Assembly: GCA_963747235.1 (NCBI GenBank) | Contig: CAVVEU010000040.1 | Coordinates: 352,001 to 416,000 of the forward strand | Source of the DNA: an uncultured Candidatus Rokubacteria bacterium | GTDB taxonomy: Bacteria > Methylomirabilota > Methylomirabilia > Rokubacteriales > CSP1-6 | Direction: 5' to 3' | Length of the DNA stretch: 64,000 bases | In this document: positions 52,627 through 62,471 of the stretch, piece after piece | Numbering within the stretch: the first letter of the stretch is position 1 | Layout: each line of letters starts with the position of its first letter | Translations under genes and position numbers: made by a program | Notes under the pieces: generated by a model | Told to the model about the DNA's origin: nothing | The model's input: the letters and a program-made list of their open reading frames with translations, nothing else | The model's database searches: none

Positions 52627-52642
52627 TAGAGGCTGCGGCCGA

Positions 52643-53335
52643 TCATGAGTGCCCGTCGCCCCCTTGCGATTCGAGCCGGCCCTCGCGCATATGGAGGGCG
52701 CGATCCGCGCGGGCGGCCGCGTCGGCCCGGTGCGTGACGAGGATCACCGAGGTCCCGCGGTCCCGGCAGAGCGCGCGCAGCTCGGCCAGGATCACCGCGG
52801 CGTGGCCTTCGTCCAGGTTGCCGGTCGGCTCGTCGGCCAGCACGAGGGGCGGCGCGTTGAGGACCGCGCGGCAGTAGGCCACCCGCTGCTGCTCGCCGCC
52901 CGAGAGCTGCGCCGGGTAGTGATCCGCTCGATGCGCGACCCCGAGCCGGTCCATGAGGACGCGCGCCTCCGACAGCGCCGACGGCCGCGGGCGCCCGACG
53001 TAGCGCGCCGCGAGCAGCACGTTCTCGAGCGCGGTGAGCCCGGCGATCAGCATGAACGACTGGAAGACGTACCCGATGGAGCGCCCCCGCACCCCGCACT
53101 GGGCGCGGCGTGAGAGCCGGCTCACGCACACGTCGTCGAGCCAGATCTCGCCCGCGTCGAGCGGCTCGAGCAGCCCGAGCAGGTTCAGCAGGGTGGACTT
53201 GCCGCAGCCCGACGGTCCGGCCACCGCCACGAACTCGCCCGCCTTCACCTCCACGTCCACGCCGCGAAGCACCGGGACCGGCCGGCCGTCGGGGCCGCGG
53301 AACGTCTTGGTGAGCCCGCGCGCGCGGACGATCAC
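52643..53335 (-). CDS. ABC exporter ATP-binding protein (LolD/MacB-type)
   Basis: GPSGCGKST, LSGGEQQR, LADEPTGNLD, VTH. Confidence 0.92.
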   Translation of the reverse strand: MIVRARGLTKTFRGPDGRPVPVLRGVDVEVKAGEFVAVAGPSGCGKSTLLNLLGLLEPLDAGEIWLDDVCVSRLSRRAQCGVRGRSIGYVFQSFMLIAGLTALENVLLAARYVGRPRPSALSEARVLMDRLGVAHRADHYPAQLSGGEQQRVAYCRAVLNAPPLVLADEPTGNLDEGHAAVILAELRALCRDRGTSVILVTHRADAAARADRALHMREGRLESQGGDGHS

Positions 53336-53337
53336 CT

Positions 53338-54528
53338 CTAGGCCCCGCGCCGGATGGCCTCGGCGGGCGACAGGCGCACGATCCGGAGGGTGGCGTAGGT
53401 GGCGGCGAGCCCGCCCAGGATGATCGAGAAGCCGAGCGAGAAGCCGAGCAGGCGCGGCGAGAAGAGGAAGAGCTGCTGGCCGTCCCCGCGCGCGTCCACG
53501 AGGATGCCGACCGCGAGGGCCAGCCCCACCCCGAGCAGCCCGCCCGAGACGGACACCCCGAGGGCTTCGCCCAGGATCTCGCGCAGGAGCTGCCCGTCGG
53601 TGGCCCCGAGGGCGCGCTTGATGCCGAAATCGCGGATGCGCTCGAAGACCGCCGCGGTCACCGTGTTGGAGAGGGAGAGCCCGCCGATGACGAGGCCGAG
53701 CGCGCCGACGCCGAAGAGCAGCGCCGAGAAGAACGCGGTGGACTGCCGGAGCAGGCGGCTCAGCTCACCGGGGATCGTCACGTTGAGGCCGGGCACCTCG
53801 GCCTGGATCCGTCGCGCGAGCGTGTCCGGATCCACCCCGTCCGCCCACGCGACCGCGGCCCCCGTGTTCAGATCGCGCCGCCCGAGGCCCCCGGCGCCGC
53901 CCGCGAAGACCTGGACCAGCAGCGGGTCGCGCCGCAGCCAGAGGTCGCGCGCGTCGTCCAGCGGCACGATCGCGAACCGATCGGGGGCGGTCAGCGTCTT
54001 GTCGAGCACGCCCACCACCTGGAACGTCCGGCCGGTCGCCAGGTCGAGCGTCCCGCCCGGCCGCAGGCGGCGCGAGGCCGCGAAGTCGGCGCCGACCACC
54101 ACCACCCCCCGATCGCCCGGCCGAAGGAAGCGCCCGTCGCGCACCGGGAGCTCGCGGAACTCGCGATTGGACATGCGCACCGCCGGATCCACGCCCAGGA
54201 TCAGCTCCTGGGTGAGGGTCAGGAACTGCGACGTGGTGGGATTGAGCGGCAGCATCACCTGCCCCTGCACCGCGGCCACCCCGGGCACCCGCGCGATCTG
54301 CTCGATCTTGGACGCGCGCAGCAGGCCGCCCGCGGTGAAGCCGGTGCCCATGCCCATGCCCTCGCCCGCCACCGAGATCTGGCCCAGCACGAAGCGGTCG
54401 CCGCCGTCGATGAAGCGCGTGATGCGCTCGGCCATGGCGCCCAGCGCGACCAGGCCGGCCACGCCGACCGCGATCCCCAGCACCGTGAAGAGGTAGCCCC
54501 GCGGGAGGAGCCGGCGGATCGCTACCAT
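53338..54528 (-). CDS. ABC exporter permease (FtsX/MacB-type)
   Basis: TM + periplasmic domain + NTV...VFER.RDFGIKRALGA, P.EAIR. Confidence 0.88.
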   Translation of the reverse strand: MVAIRRLLPRGYLFTVLGIAVGVAGLVALGAMAERITRFIDGGDRFVLGQISVAGEGMGMGTGFTAGGLLRASKIEQIARVPGVAAVQGQVMLPLNPTTSQFLTLTQELILGVDPAVRMSNREFRELPVRDGRFLRPGDRGVVVVGADFAASRRLRPGGTLDLATGRTFQVVGVLDKTLTAPDRFAIVPLDDARDLWLRRDPLLVQVFAGGAGGLGRRDLNTGAAVAWADGVDPDTLARRIQAEVPGLNVTIPGELSRLLRQSTAFFSALLFGVGALGLVIGGLSLSNTVTAAVFERIRDFGIKRALGATDGQLLREILGEALGVSVSGGLLGVGLALAVGILVDARGDGQQLFLFSPRLLGFSLGFSIILGGLAATYATLRIVRLSPAEAIRRGA

Positions 54529-56873
54529 TCGACGCGGGATTCCGTGGTCAGGCCCCGGCGGCGACGGACGAAGCGATTGATGCGGACGATGATGAAGAAG
54601 ACCTCGAGGCCGACCTTCAGCTTGAGCGAGCGGCGCACGAAGGCGCCCCCCGCCAGCACCGCGATGACCGCGTCCACCATGCCCACGATCTCGCGCGGCT
54701 TGAGAAAGATCTCGATGAACGAGGGATCGTAGAAGCTCCGGATGAAGCGCTGGAAGGAGCCGACGCCGTTGCGGACGCGGCGCTGGTAGCCGCGGAAGCG
54801 GCGCTCGACGAAGCGGTTCTCCCGGAACGCCTTCAGGATCTCCACCGACGCCATCTCGGCCGACTGGGACGAGACGTAGACCCCGGAGGAGAAGATCGGG
54901 TCCACGAAGGCGAGGGCGTCCCCCACGCACACGAAGCGGTCGCCGATGGCGGGATCGGTCCGGTACGAGAAGTTGGCCGCGCTGTGCACCTTCGTGATGC
55001 GGGGCGCGTCGCCGAGCGCCTCCTGGAGCGCGCGGCACTGCGGGAATCATGGAGTCGTAGAGCTGCTCCAGGTCCCCGTCGCGCCCGCGCACCGTCCGCG
55101 CGTGGAGCACGCAGCCCACGCTGCGTCGTCCCGTCGGCGAACGGGATGTACCAGAACCAGCCCGCCGGGAAGATGAGGATGCGGATATTGCCCTCCTCCA
55201 GTCCGGGCCAGCGGCGCCCCCCGCGGAAGTGGGCGAAGAGCGCGACCTTGCCGAGCCCCGGGATCGGGCGGCGGTGGCCGTGGCGGGCGGCCAGGAAGGA
55301 GTCGCGCCCGCTCGCGTCCACGAGGAAGCGCGCGCGCACCTCGCGCGGGCCGGCGGCGTCGGTGACCTGCGCGGTCACCCCGTCGGCGTCGAAGGCCACG
55401 CGCTCCACCGTCGCGGGCTGGAGCAGCGTCACGTTCGGCTGGCGGGCCGCGTGGTCGAGCAGGATCTTGTCGAAGTCGCCGCGCTGGACCTCGAAGGCGT
55501 GGGAGGGCCACGGCTTGCCTTCCCGGAACATGAAGTGATGGCCCAGGTCCATGTCCTGGTCGTGGAAGTAGGCCCCGTACTTCGGGATGAAGCCGTGCTG
55601 CTTGACCGCGTCGAGGACGCCGAGACGCTCCAGGACCGTCACGTTGCAGGGCAGGAGCGACTCGCCCACGTGAAAGCGCGGGAAGACCTCGCGCTCGACC
55701 ACCGCCACCGTGAGGCCGCCGCGCGAGAGGAAGGTCGCCGCGCTCGACCCGCCGGGGCCGCCGCCCACCACCAGCACGTCGTAGTCCGCGGAGCGCGCGG
55801 CCGCCGCGGTCCGGGCCGCCGGGACCTCCAGGGTGGCGCCGAGCTCCTCCTGGCGGTAGAGCCGCCGCACCGCCGGGCTGAGCCAGTCGATGCCGACGGC
55901 GGCGAGCGCGCTCCGGCTCAGCGCGAGCGCGAGCATGAGCGGGGTCGCCGCGGTGGCCAGGGCGGCGAGGCGCAGGCCGCGCGCGTGCGGGGAGCGCCAG
56001 CCGTCCTCGACGGACCGGATCGCCCGATCCGCGATGAACGTGCCGATGGCCAGCGCCCAGCCGGGCGGGTTGGAGCGGTGCGGCGCCGCGAACGCGTACA
56101 TCTCCCGGTGCCGCGCCCGGAGGCGCGGGGGGCTGAAGATCCCGATCACGTAGAGCGCGCCCGCGGCGGCCTCGCGCGCCCAGCGCGTCACGATGCGGCG
56201 GGCCAGGAAGGCGCCGACCGCGAGGCCGTCGCGTCCCGGGCGGAAGCGGCTCCGCCGATCCTCGAAGTGGATCGGCGTGATGGGCACCTCGATGATCCGG
56301 CACCCCAGCGCGGCGGCGCGCAGCAGCATCTCGCTCTCCAGCACGAACCCGCCGTGACGCGGCGCCACCGCGGCGAGGAGGCGCGCCGGGTAGACGCGGA
56401 AGCCGGACTGGGTGTCGGCGACCGGGACGCCCGCCCAGCCAGTCGATGAAGAAGCCCGCCACGCGCAGCGCCGCGAGCCGGCCGGCGGGCATCACCTTCG
56501 CCGGCGCGTCCGCGAGCCGGCCCAGGCGCCCGCCGATGACGAAGGCCCCGGGCTCCTCCACCGCGGCCTTGAGCAGGCGCGGGATGTCGTCGGGATCGTG
56601 CTGGCCGTCGCCGTCGAGCGTCACCAGCCACTCGACCCCGCGCTTCCGCCCCTCGGCGAAGGCGTGACGCAGCGCCGCGCCCTTGCCCCGCCGCCGGCCC
56701 AGCGAGACGACCTCCGCTCCGGCCGCGGCGGCCACCGCGGCACTCCGGTCGGTCGAGCCGTCGTCCACCACCAGCACCGGGCCGTGCAGCCGGGCCCGCT
56801 CCACGATGTCGCCGATGGTGGCGGCCTCGTTGAAGACCGGGATCACGATCAGGCGCTCGCTGACTGGATTCAC
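54522..56873 (-). CDS. Fusion of GT2 glycosyltransferase and flavin-dependent halogenase-like oxidoreductase (frameshifts near 56435 and 55040-55125)
   Basis: GT2: IPVFNE, DDGSTD, GKG.A, DGDGQH, DTQSGFR; then GGGPGG, FPRFHVGESLLP, GFIPKYG, DASGR, GWFWYIP, GDA..FVDPIFSSG. Confidence 0.8.
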
Positions 56874-58003
56874 GCGGCCGGCTCCACCACCAGCGCGGTC
56901 CGGCAGCCGCCGCGCGCGATGCCGTGCACGAGCACCGCGGACGTGCCGCGCGCCGCGTCCAGCGCGGCCGCGCCCACGCGCAGCGCGCCGAGCCCGCCGT
57001 GCTGGCCGAAGAGCGGCGCCAGCGAGACCGGCGGCACCAGGTCGTCGGGCGCGGCCAGCTCGCGGCCCAGCAGCGCGCGCTCCCAGTCGTCCACCGCGGG
57101 ATCGCCGTTGCCGGCGCCGTAGCAGCGCGCGACGCCGGTCTTCCCACGCTCGCGGATCAGCCGCGCCACCGGGGAGCCCGGATCCCTCCGCCCCGGGTGG
57201 CCGGTGTGGGGCGCGACCGGCACGTTGCCCCAGGCGGTCGCCGCGATCTCGGCGATGATCCGCGCACCGCGCGCCCGCGCCCCCTCCCGCTCCTCGAGCA
57301 CCAGGAAGGTGGCGCCCTCGCCCAGCACCGGGCCATTGTGATCGGCCGCGAAGGGCCGGCAGCCCTCGGCCCCGCGCCCGCGCATCGGGGAGAGCGCGCC
57401 CATCTGGGCCAGCCGCTCGTACACGTCGTGGAACAGCTCGTCCACGCCGCCCGCCACCACCGCCTCCGCGCGGCCGTCGGCGACCAGGCGCGCGCCGCGC
57501 GCGATCGCGAGATCGCCCGCGAGGGTGGCCTGGTTCACCGTGATGGACGGGGCCTTGGCGCCGATCGCGATGGCCGCGATGGAGGCCATCGTGTTCATCA
57601 CGGTGTTGGGGAAGATCATCGGCGAGAGGCCGGCCGGGCCCCGGCGCAGGAAGCCCAGGGCGAAGTCGCGGCTCGAGGTGAAGTCGCCGTGCTCGGTGCC
57701 CACCACGATGCCGAGGCCGGGCCCGCCCGGCACGTCGGCGTCGCGCACCGCGAGGAGACAGGCGCCGAGGGCGAGGCGGCAGATGCGGGAGAGGCGTCGG
57801 GCCGCGTCCCGATCCACGAGGGACGCGAGCGTGGCCTCGTCCACCTCGGCGGCGAGGCGGCTCGACATCGCCGCGGTGTCGAACGCGCGGACCGGACCGA
57901 TCGCGGAGCGGCCGAGGGCCAGCGCGCCCGCGAGCGCGTCCCGCCCGCCCGCGGTGGACGCGTTGACGGTGCCGATCCCGGTGACGACCACGCGGCGGAT
58001 CAT
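56870..58003 (-). CDS. Ketosynthase-like chain-length factor (no catalytic Cys/His)
   Basis: RVVVTGIG, SPMIFPNTVMN, CRPF, GEGA; NQATLAG in place of TACAS. Confidence 0.8.
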   Translation of the reverse strand: MIRRVVVTGIGTVNASTAGGRDALAGALALGRSAIGPVRAFDTAAMSSRLAAEVDEATLASLVDRDAARRLSRICRLALGACLLAVRDADVPGGPGLGIVVGTEHGDFTSSRDFALGFLRRGPAGLSPMIFPNTVMNTMASIAAIAIGAKAPSITVNQATLAGDLAIARGARLVADGRAEAVVAGGVDELFHDVYERLAQMGALSPMRGRGAEGCRPFAADHNGPVLGEGATFLVLEEREGARARGARIIAEIAATAWGNVPVAPHTGHPGRRDPGSPVARLIRERGKTGVARCYGAGNGDPAVDDWERALLGRELAAPDDLVPPVSLAPLFGQHGGLGALRVGAAALDAARGTSAVLVHGIARGGCRTALVVEPAA

Positions 58004-59256
58004 GTATCCGCTCGGCTCGCCTTCGGCTGCGCCTCGCCCAACTCGGCTTCTCGAAGATCGAGGCTCACGTTCTGGCCGCCGAAGCCGAACGAGTTCGACA
58101 GCGCGGCGGTCACATCGGCGGGGCGCGCGACGCCGGGCAGGCAGTCGAAGGGCACGTCGGGATCCACCTGCTCGAGGTTCGCGGTCGGCGGCAGCAGCCC
58201 GTGCTGGAGCGCCAGGATCGTGGCGGTCGCCTCCACGCTGCCCGCCGCCGCCATCGTGTGGCCCACCAGCGACTTGGTGGAGCTGACCAGCACGCCGCCC
58301 TCGCCGAAGACGCGGCGGAGGGCCAGCGCCTCCGCGCGGTCGTTCTGCGGAGTGCCGGTGCCGTGGGCGTTGACGTAGCCGACCTCGCGGGCGTCGAGCC
58401 CGGCGGCGTCCAGGGCCTGCTGCATCGCGTGGATCATCCCCTCACCTTCGGGATGCGGCGCGGTGACGTGATACGCGTCGGTGGTCATCCCGTAGCCGGC
58501 GAGCCGCGCGTGGACACGCCCGCCGCGCGCCCGGCAGTGCTCCGCGTCCTCGATGACCAGGAACGCGGCGGCCTCCCCGATGGACATCCCGCGCCGATCG
58601 CGGTCGAACGGGCGACACGGCGTGGGATCGAGCAGCTTGAGCGCGTTGAAGCCCATGAAGCAGATGTGGGTCAGCGCGTCCACGCCCCCCACCAGCGCGG
58701 TCGGCGTCACGCCGGCGCGGATGAGATCGGCGCCCAGCGCGATCGAGGCCGCGCCGGAGGCGCAGGCCATGACCACCGTCTCCTTCGGCCCGGTGAGGCC
58801 GAGGCGCCAGCCGAGGGTCTCGGCGTGCGAGAACGGCAGGATCGAGCGCAGCGCGCCCATCCGCGAGGAGGGGCGGCCGCGCGCGACGTCCCAGTACCAG
58901 CCCTCGCCCTCGAGCATGCCGCCGCCGACCGCGCCGACGAGCAGCGCGGCCTCCCGGCGCGCGGCGCCCTCGAGGCCCGCGTCGGCCAGGGCCTCGCCCG
59001 CGGCCGCGAGCGCGATCCGGTCCGCGCGCGAGCGGCGGCGCGACGAGCCGAGCGTGGCGATGACCTCGGCGGGAATCTCGGCCGCGATGCGCGAGCGAAA
59101 GCCCTCGGTCTCGATGACGGTGATGGGCTTGATCGCGCAGGTGCCGGCGGCGAGCCCGCTCCAGAAGCTCTTCACCCCGGCCCCGTAGGGACTCACGATC
59201 CCGAGGCCGCTGACCACGACCTCCGCCCGGCCGTCGCGGGCCGCCGACCGGCTCAT
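58000..59256 (-). CDS. Beta-ketoacyl-ACP synthase (FabF-like, active triad)
   Basis: ACASG, HGTGT, GHTM, SNSFGFGG. Confidence 0.92.
   Translation of the reverse strand: MSRSAARDGRAEVVVSGLGIVSPYGAGVKSFWSGLAAGTCAIKPITVIETEGFRSRIAAEIPAEVIATLGSSRRRSRADRIALAAAGEALADAGLEGAARREAALLVGAVGGGMLEGEGWYWDVARGRPSSRMGALRSILPFSHAETLGWRLGLTGPKETVVMACASGAASIALGADLIRAGVTPTALVGGVDALTHICFMGFNALKLLDPTPCRPFDRDRRGMSIGEAAAFLVIEDAEHCRARGGRVHARLAGYGMTTDAYHVTAPHPEGEGMIHAMQQALDAAGLDAREVGYVNAHGTGTPQNDRAEALALRRVFGEGGVLVSSTKSLVGHTMAAAGSVEATATILALQHGLLPPTANLEQVDPDVPFDCLPGVARPADVTAALSNSFGFGGQNVSLDLREAELGEAQPKASRADT
58005..58040 (-). repeat. Intragenic repeat copy 4 (C-terminus of ketosynthase)
   Basis: Reverse complement TGGGCGAGGCGCAGCCGAAGGCGAGCCGAGCGGATA; read GEAQPKASRADT-stop. 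Confidence 0.85.
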
Positions 59257-59291
59257 GCCACGCTCATCGCCCGGGGCTGGGCCTCGAGCCC

Positions 59292-59567
59292 TCAGGCCTG
59301 GCCGTTCTTGGCCAGGATGAACCGGGACAGGGAATCCAGCGAGAGGAACTCGTCCGTGAGGTCGTGGGCCTCGTCGATCGTGATCCCGAAGCGCTCCTCG
59401 ATGGCCACCGACAGCTCGATGAAATCGAGCGAGTCCAGGCCCAGCGAGCCGTCGACGCCCTTGGGGAGCGTCGTCTCGAGCGTCATCTCGGCCGCCCGGC
59501 GCGGGTCGAACTTGAGCCGCTCGACGACGAGCCCCTTCAGCTCGTCCAGGACTTCCTTCTGCGTCAT
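59292..59567 (-). CDS. Acyl carrier protein
   Basis: LGLDSLD phosphopantetheine Ser, EERFGI; SD GGAGG. Confidence 0.93.
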   Translation of the reverse strand: MTQKEVLDELKGLVVERLKFDPRRAAEMTLETTLPKGVDGSLGLDSLDFIELSVAIEERFGITIDEAHDLTDEFLSLDSLSRFILAKNGQA

Positions 59568-59583
59568 CGACACAACCTCCGTT

Positions 59584-60393
59584 TCACGCCGCGCTGCCGC
59601 GCGCGTGGGATTTCTCCGGGCTCCAGTGGAGCCGCGCCTGCTCTCCCCGCCAGCGTCCCGACAGCTCGACCGGCCCCGTCGTCCCTCGCGCGCGCCAGTC
59701 GCGCAGATCCGCGAGCGGGCCCGCCGCGAAGCGCTCGCCCGGCCCGGCGGCTCCGGCCACCCGCCGGCCGTCGCGCGCCGACTCGAACGAGATCGCGCCC
59801 GCGCCCCGCTCCAGCCACAGGCACGCCGCGGTCTCCACCAGCGGCCACCGATAGGAACGGCGGTGGCGCGCGTAGAGGTCCGCGCACTCCTCGAAGATCT
59901 CGACCGCCAGGACCAGGGCCCGGTCGCAGGTGCCGGCCTCCAGCAGCCGGGCCGCCTGCTCGATGGCCCTGAGCGTCGCGGGCGCCCCGCCGATCAGGAT
60001 CCCGTACGGGCCGGCCACCCCGAACTCGATCGCCACCTCCGCCGGCACCACCGCGGGCGCGGTGTAGGCGAAGTGCATCACCCCGCCCCGGCGCTCGATG
60101 AACGCGCGGTTGGAGGCGCCGTAGGCGGCGGCGGTCACGTACAGCAGCGCCGTCCGCTCGCCCGCGATGGCCTCCCGCGAAGCCTTCCCATCTTCAAGCA
60201 TCGCGTCCACGGCCGCAAGGGCCAGGAGGCATTCGCGGGTGGCGCGCCGGAAGCGGTCGCCGGGGCGGTCCGGACGGGGGAGGGCGAGACGCGGTCACCG
60301 TTTCGTTCGGCTCATGCGGGCGCCCGGAATGGCCACAGCGCCTTGCCTCGGCCGGACAGGATGCCCAGGCCGCGGATCGCGGGGGCGGCGCAT
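59584..60393 (-). CDS. Short ketosynthase-like/CLF protein (5' part frameshifted)
   Basis: DRFRRATREC.LA, FAYTAP.VV..EVAI..G..GP; no catalytic Cys; lies between KS and ACP. Confidence 0.6.
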
Positions 60394-61574
60394 CAGGCGG
60401 CCTCGAGGACGAGGGCGCCGTTGCAGCCGCCGAAGCCCATGGACGTGCTCAGCATCACGCGGGGCCGTCCGGGGCGCGCCCGGCCGGGCACGTAGTCGAG
60501 ATCGCACTCCGGATCGGGCTCCTCCAGGTGCAGCGTGGGTGGAATCAGGCCCCGCTGCGCCGAGAGCAGGCACATGAAGGCCTCGAGCGCGGCGGCGGCC
60601 CCCATGGTGTGCCCGAGGCTGCCCTTGATGGAGTTGATCGGGATCTCGTGCGCCCGGCGTCCCAGCGCGCGCTTGAGCGCGGCCGTCTCGATCCGGTCGT
60701 TGAGCTGCGTGGCGGTGCCGTGCGCGCTCACCAGGTCGATGTCCGCGGCCGACACCCGCGCGTCCGCGAGCGCGGCCCGGATGGCCCGCTCGAGGCCGCG
60801 GCCCTCGGGCTCGGGCGCCGCGATGTGGAAGCCGTCGCTGGCGCTGCCGTAGCCCAGGAGCGTGCCGAGCCGCGGGCCCCGCGCGTCGCGCTCGCGGACC
60901 AGCAGGGCGAGCGCGCCCGCCTCGCCCAGGAGCAGGCCGCTGCGGCGCCGGTCGAACGGCCGGACCTCGTCGCGGGTGAGCGAGCGCAGGGCGTCGAAGC
61001 CGCGCAGCACGAAGCGGCAGAGCGCGTCGTAGCCGCCCGCCACCACCGCGTCCGCCTCGCCCGAGCGCAGCAGATCGGCGCCGACCGCCATCGCGGTGGC
61101 GCCGGACGCGCACGCGGTGGACACCGTGATCACCGGGCCGCGCGCGCCGAGCCAGCGCGCGAGGGCCCAGCCCGGGCCGTCGTAGAGCGCCTGGGACAGC
61201 CGGCGGCGGTCCCGGTCGCCCGCGAGCGCCTTCTCGCCTTCCTCCACGCCGCCGAGGGCGGTGCCCACCACCACCCCGACCCGCGCCGGATCGAGCGGCA
61301 GTGGGCGGAACGCGGCCTGCGCGCAGAGGTCGTCGGCCGCCGCGATCAGCAGGCGGCTCGCGCGACAGTCGGGCACGCCGCGCCAGTCCTTGATGCGGCC
61401 GAGCTTCTTGACCTCGCCGCCGCGCTGCACGCGCAGGTCGGCCACCGGCACGCGCTCGATCTGCGAGATGCCCGAGGCGCCGGTGACCAGCGACGACCAG
61501 AAGGCCTCGAGGTCCTGGCCGATCGGGGTCACCACCCCGGCGGCGGCGATCACCACGCGCTCAGGCGTGGCCAC
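60393..61574 (-). CDS. Beta-ketoacyl-ACP synthase (active triad)
   Basis: TACASG, HGTAT, GHTMG, SMGFGG. Confidence 0.92.
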   Translation of the reverse strand: MATPERVVIAAAGVVTPIGQDLEAFWSSLVTGASGISQIERVPVADLRVQRGGEVKKLGRIKDWRGVPDCRASRLLIAAADDLCAQAAFRPLPLDPARVGVVVGTALGGVEEGEKALAGDRDRRRLSQALYDGPGWALARWLGARGPVITVSTACASGATAMAVGADLLRSGEADAVVAGGYDALCRFVLRGFDALRSLTRDEVRPFDRRRSGLLLGEAGALALLVRERDARGPRLGTLLGYGSASDGFHIAAPEPEGRGLERAIRAALADARVSAADIDLVSAHGTATQLNDRIETAALKRALGRRAHEIPINSIKGSLGHTMGAAAALEAFMCLLSAQRGLIPPTLHLEEPDPECDLDYVPGRARPGRPRVMLSTSMGFGGCNGALVLEAA

Positions 61575-62467
61575 CGGGCGGGCTCCAGGCGTCGAAGAAG
61601 TTGAACCACTGGGTCGGGTAGGCGCGGATCACGCGCTCGAGCGCGGCGACCACGGTGGCGAGGCCGGCCTGCTCTTCCCCGGGCTTCACCCAGATCGGCG
61701 GATCGATCTCGAGCCGGTAGCGTCCGCCCGGCGCCATCGCGCAGAAGGCGGGGACCACCGCCGCGCCCGCCGCGCGCGCCAGCACGAAGGGCCCCAGCGG
61801 GAACGCGGCGGGCTCGCCGAAGAAGGGCACGATCGCGTCGCCGCGCCCGCCGCTGGGCCGGTCCGCCTGCATCGCCACCAGCTCGCCGCGCCGGAGCGCG
61901 GCCAGCAGCCCGAGGGTGGACGTCGCGTGATGCCGCGTCACGAAGCGGAGCTGCGGGCTGTCGAGCCGCAGGTAGCGCTCGAGCGCCGCGTCCTGCTCGG
62001 CGGAGAGCACCACGTGGGCGGTGCGGCCACCCCGGGAGGAGAGGAGCCGCCCCGCGAACTCCCAGTTGCCGAGGTGCGCGGTGAGCAGGACCACGCCCCG
62101 CCCCGCCGCGATGGCCGCGTCGAGATGATGCTCACCCTCCGCGGAGGCGACGTAGTCGCGGAGATCGGCGCCAGGGCGGCGATTGAGCGTCAGCAGATCC
62201 GCGAAGAACGCGCCGAAGTTGGCGAAGGTCTCGCGCACCCGCGCGTCGATCACGCCCGGCGGCGCGCCCGCGAGCACGCGGCCGAGATTGCTCCGCACCG
62301 CGCGGCGCTCGGCGGGCAGGGCGCGCGCGAGCAGCCGGCCGAGGCCGCGCGCGAGGCGCAGGCGCGCGGGCCGCGGCAGCGCCGCCGCGGCGGCGGTGGC
62401 CAGCCGGTAGTAGCGCGACACGGTTCAGCCCGTGCGAGTACCAGTCGGGCGCGGGCTCGCTCGCCAT
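61561..62467 (-). CDS. LpxL/HtrB-like lipid acyltransferase (frameshift near 62420)
   Basis: HLGNWE, ADR, FFG..A.FP.GP, YPTQWFNF. Confidence 0.85.
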
Positions 62468-62471
62468 CAGC

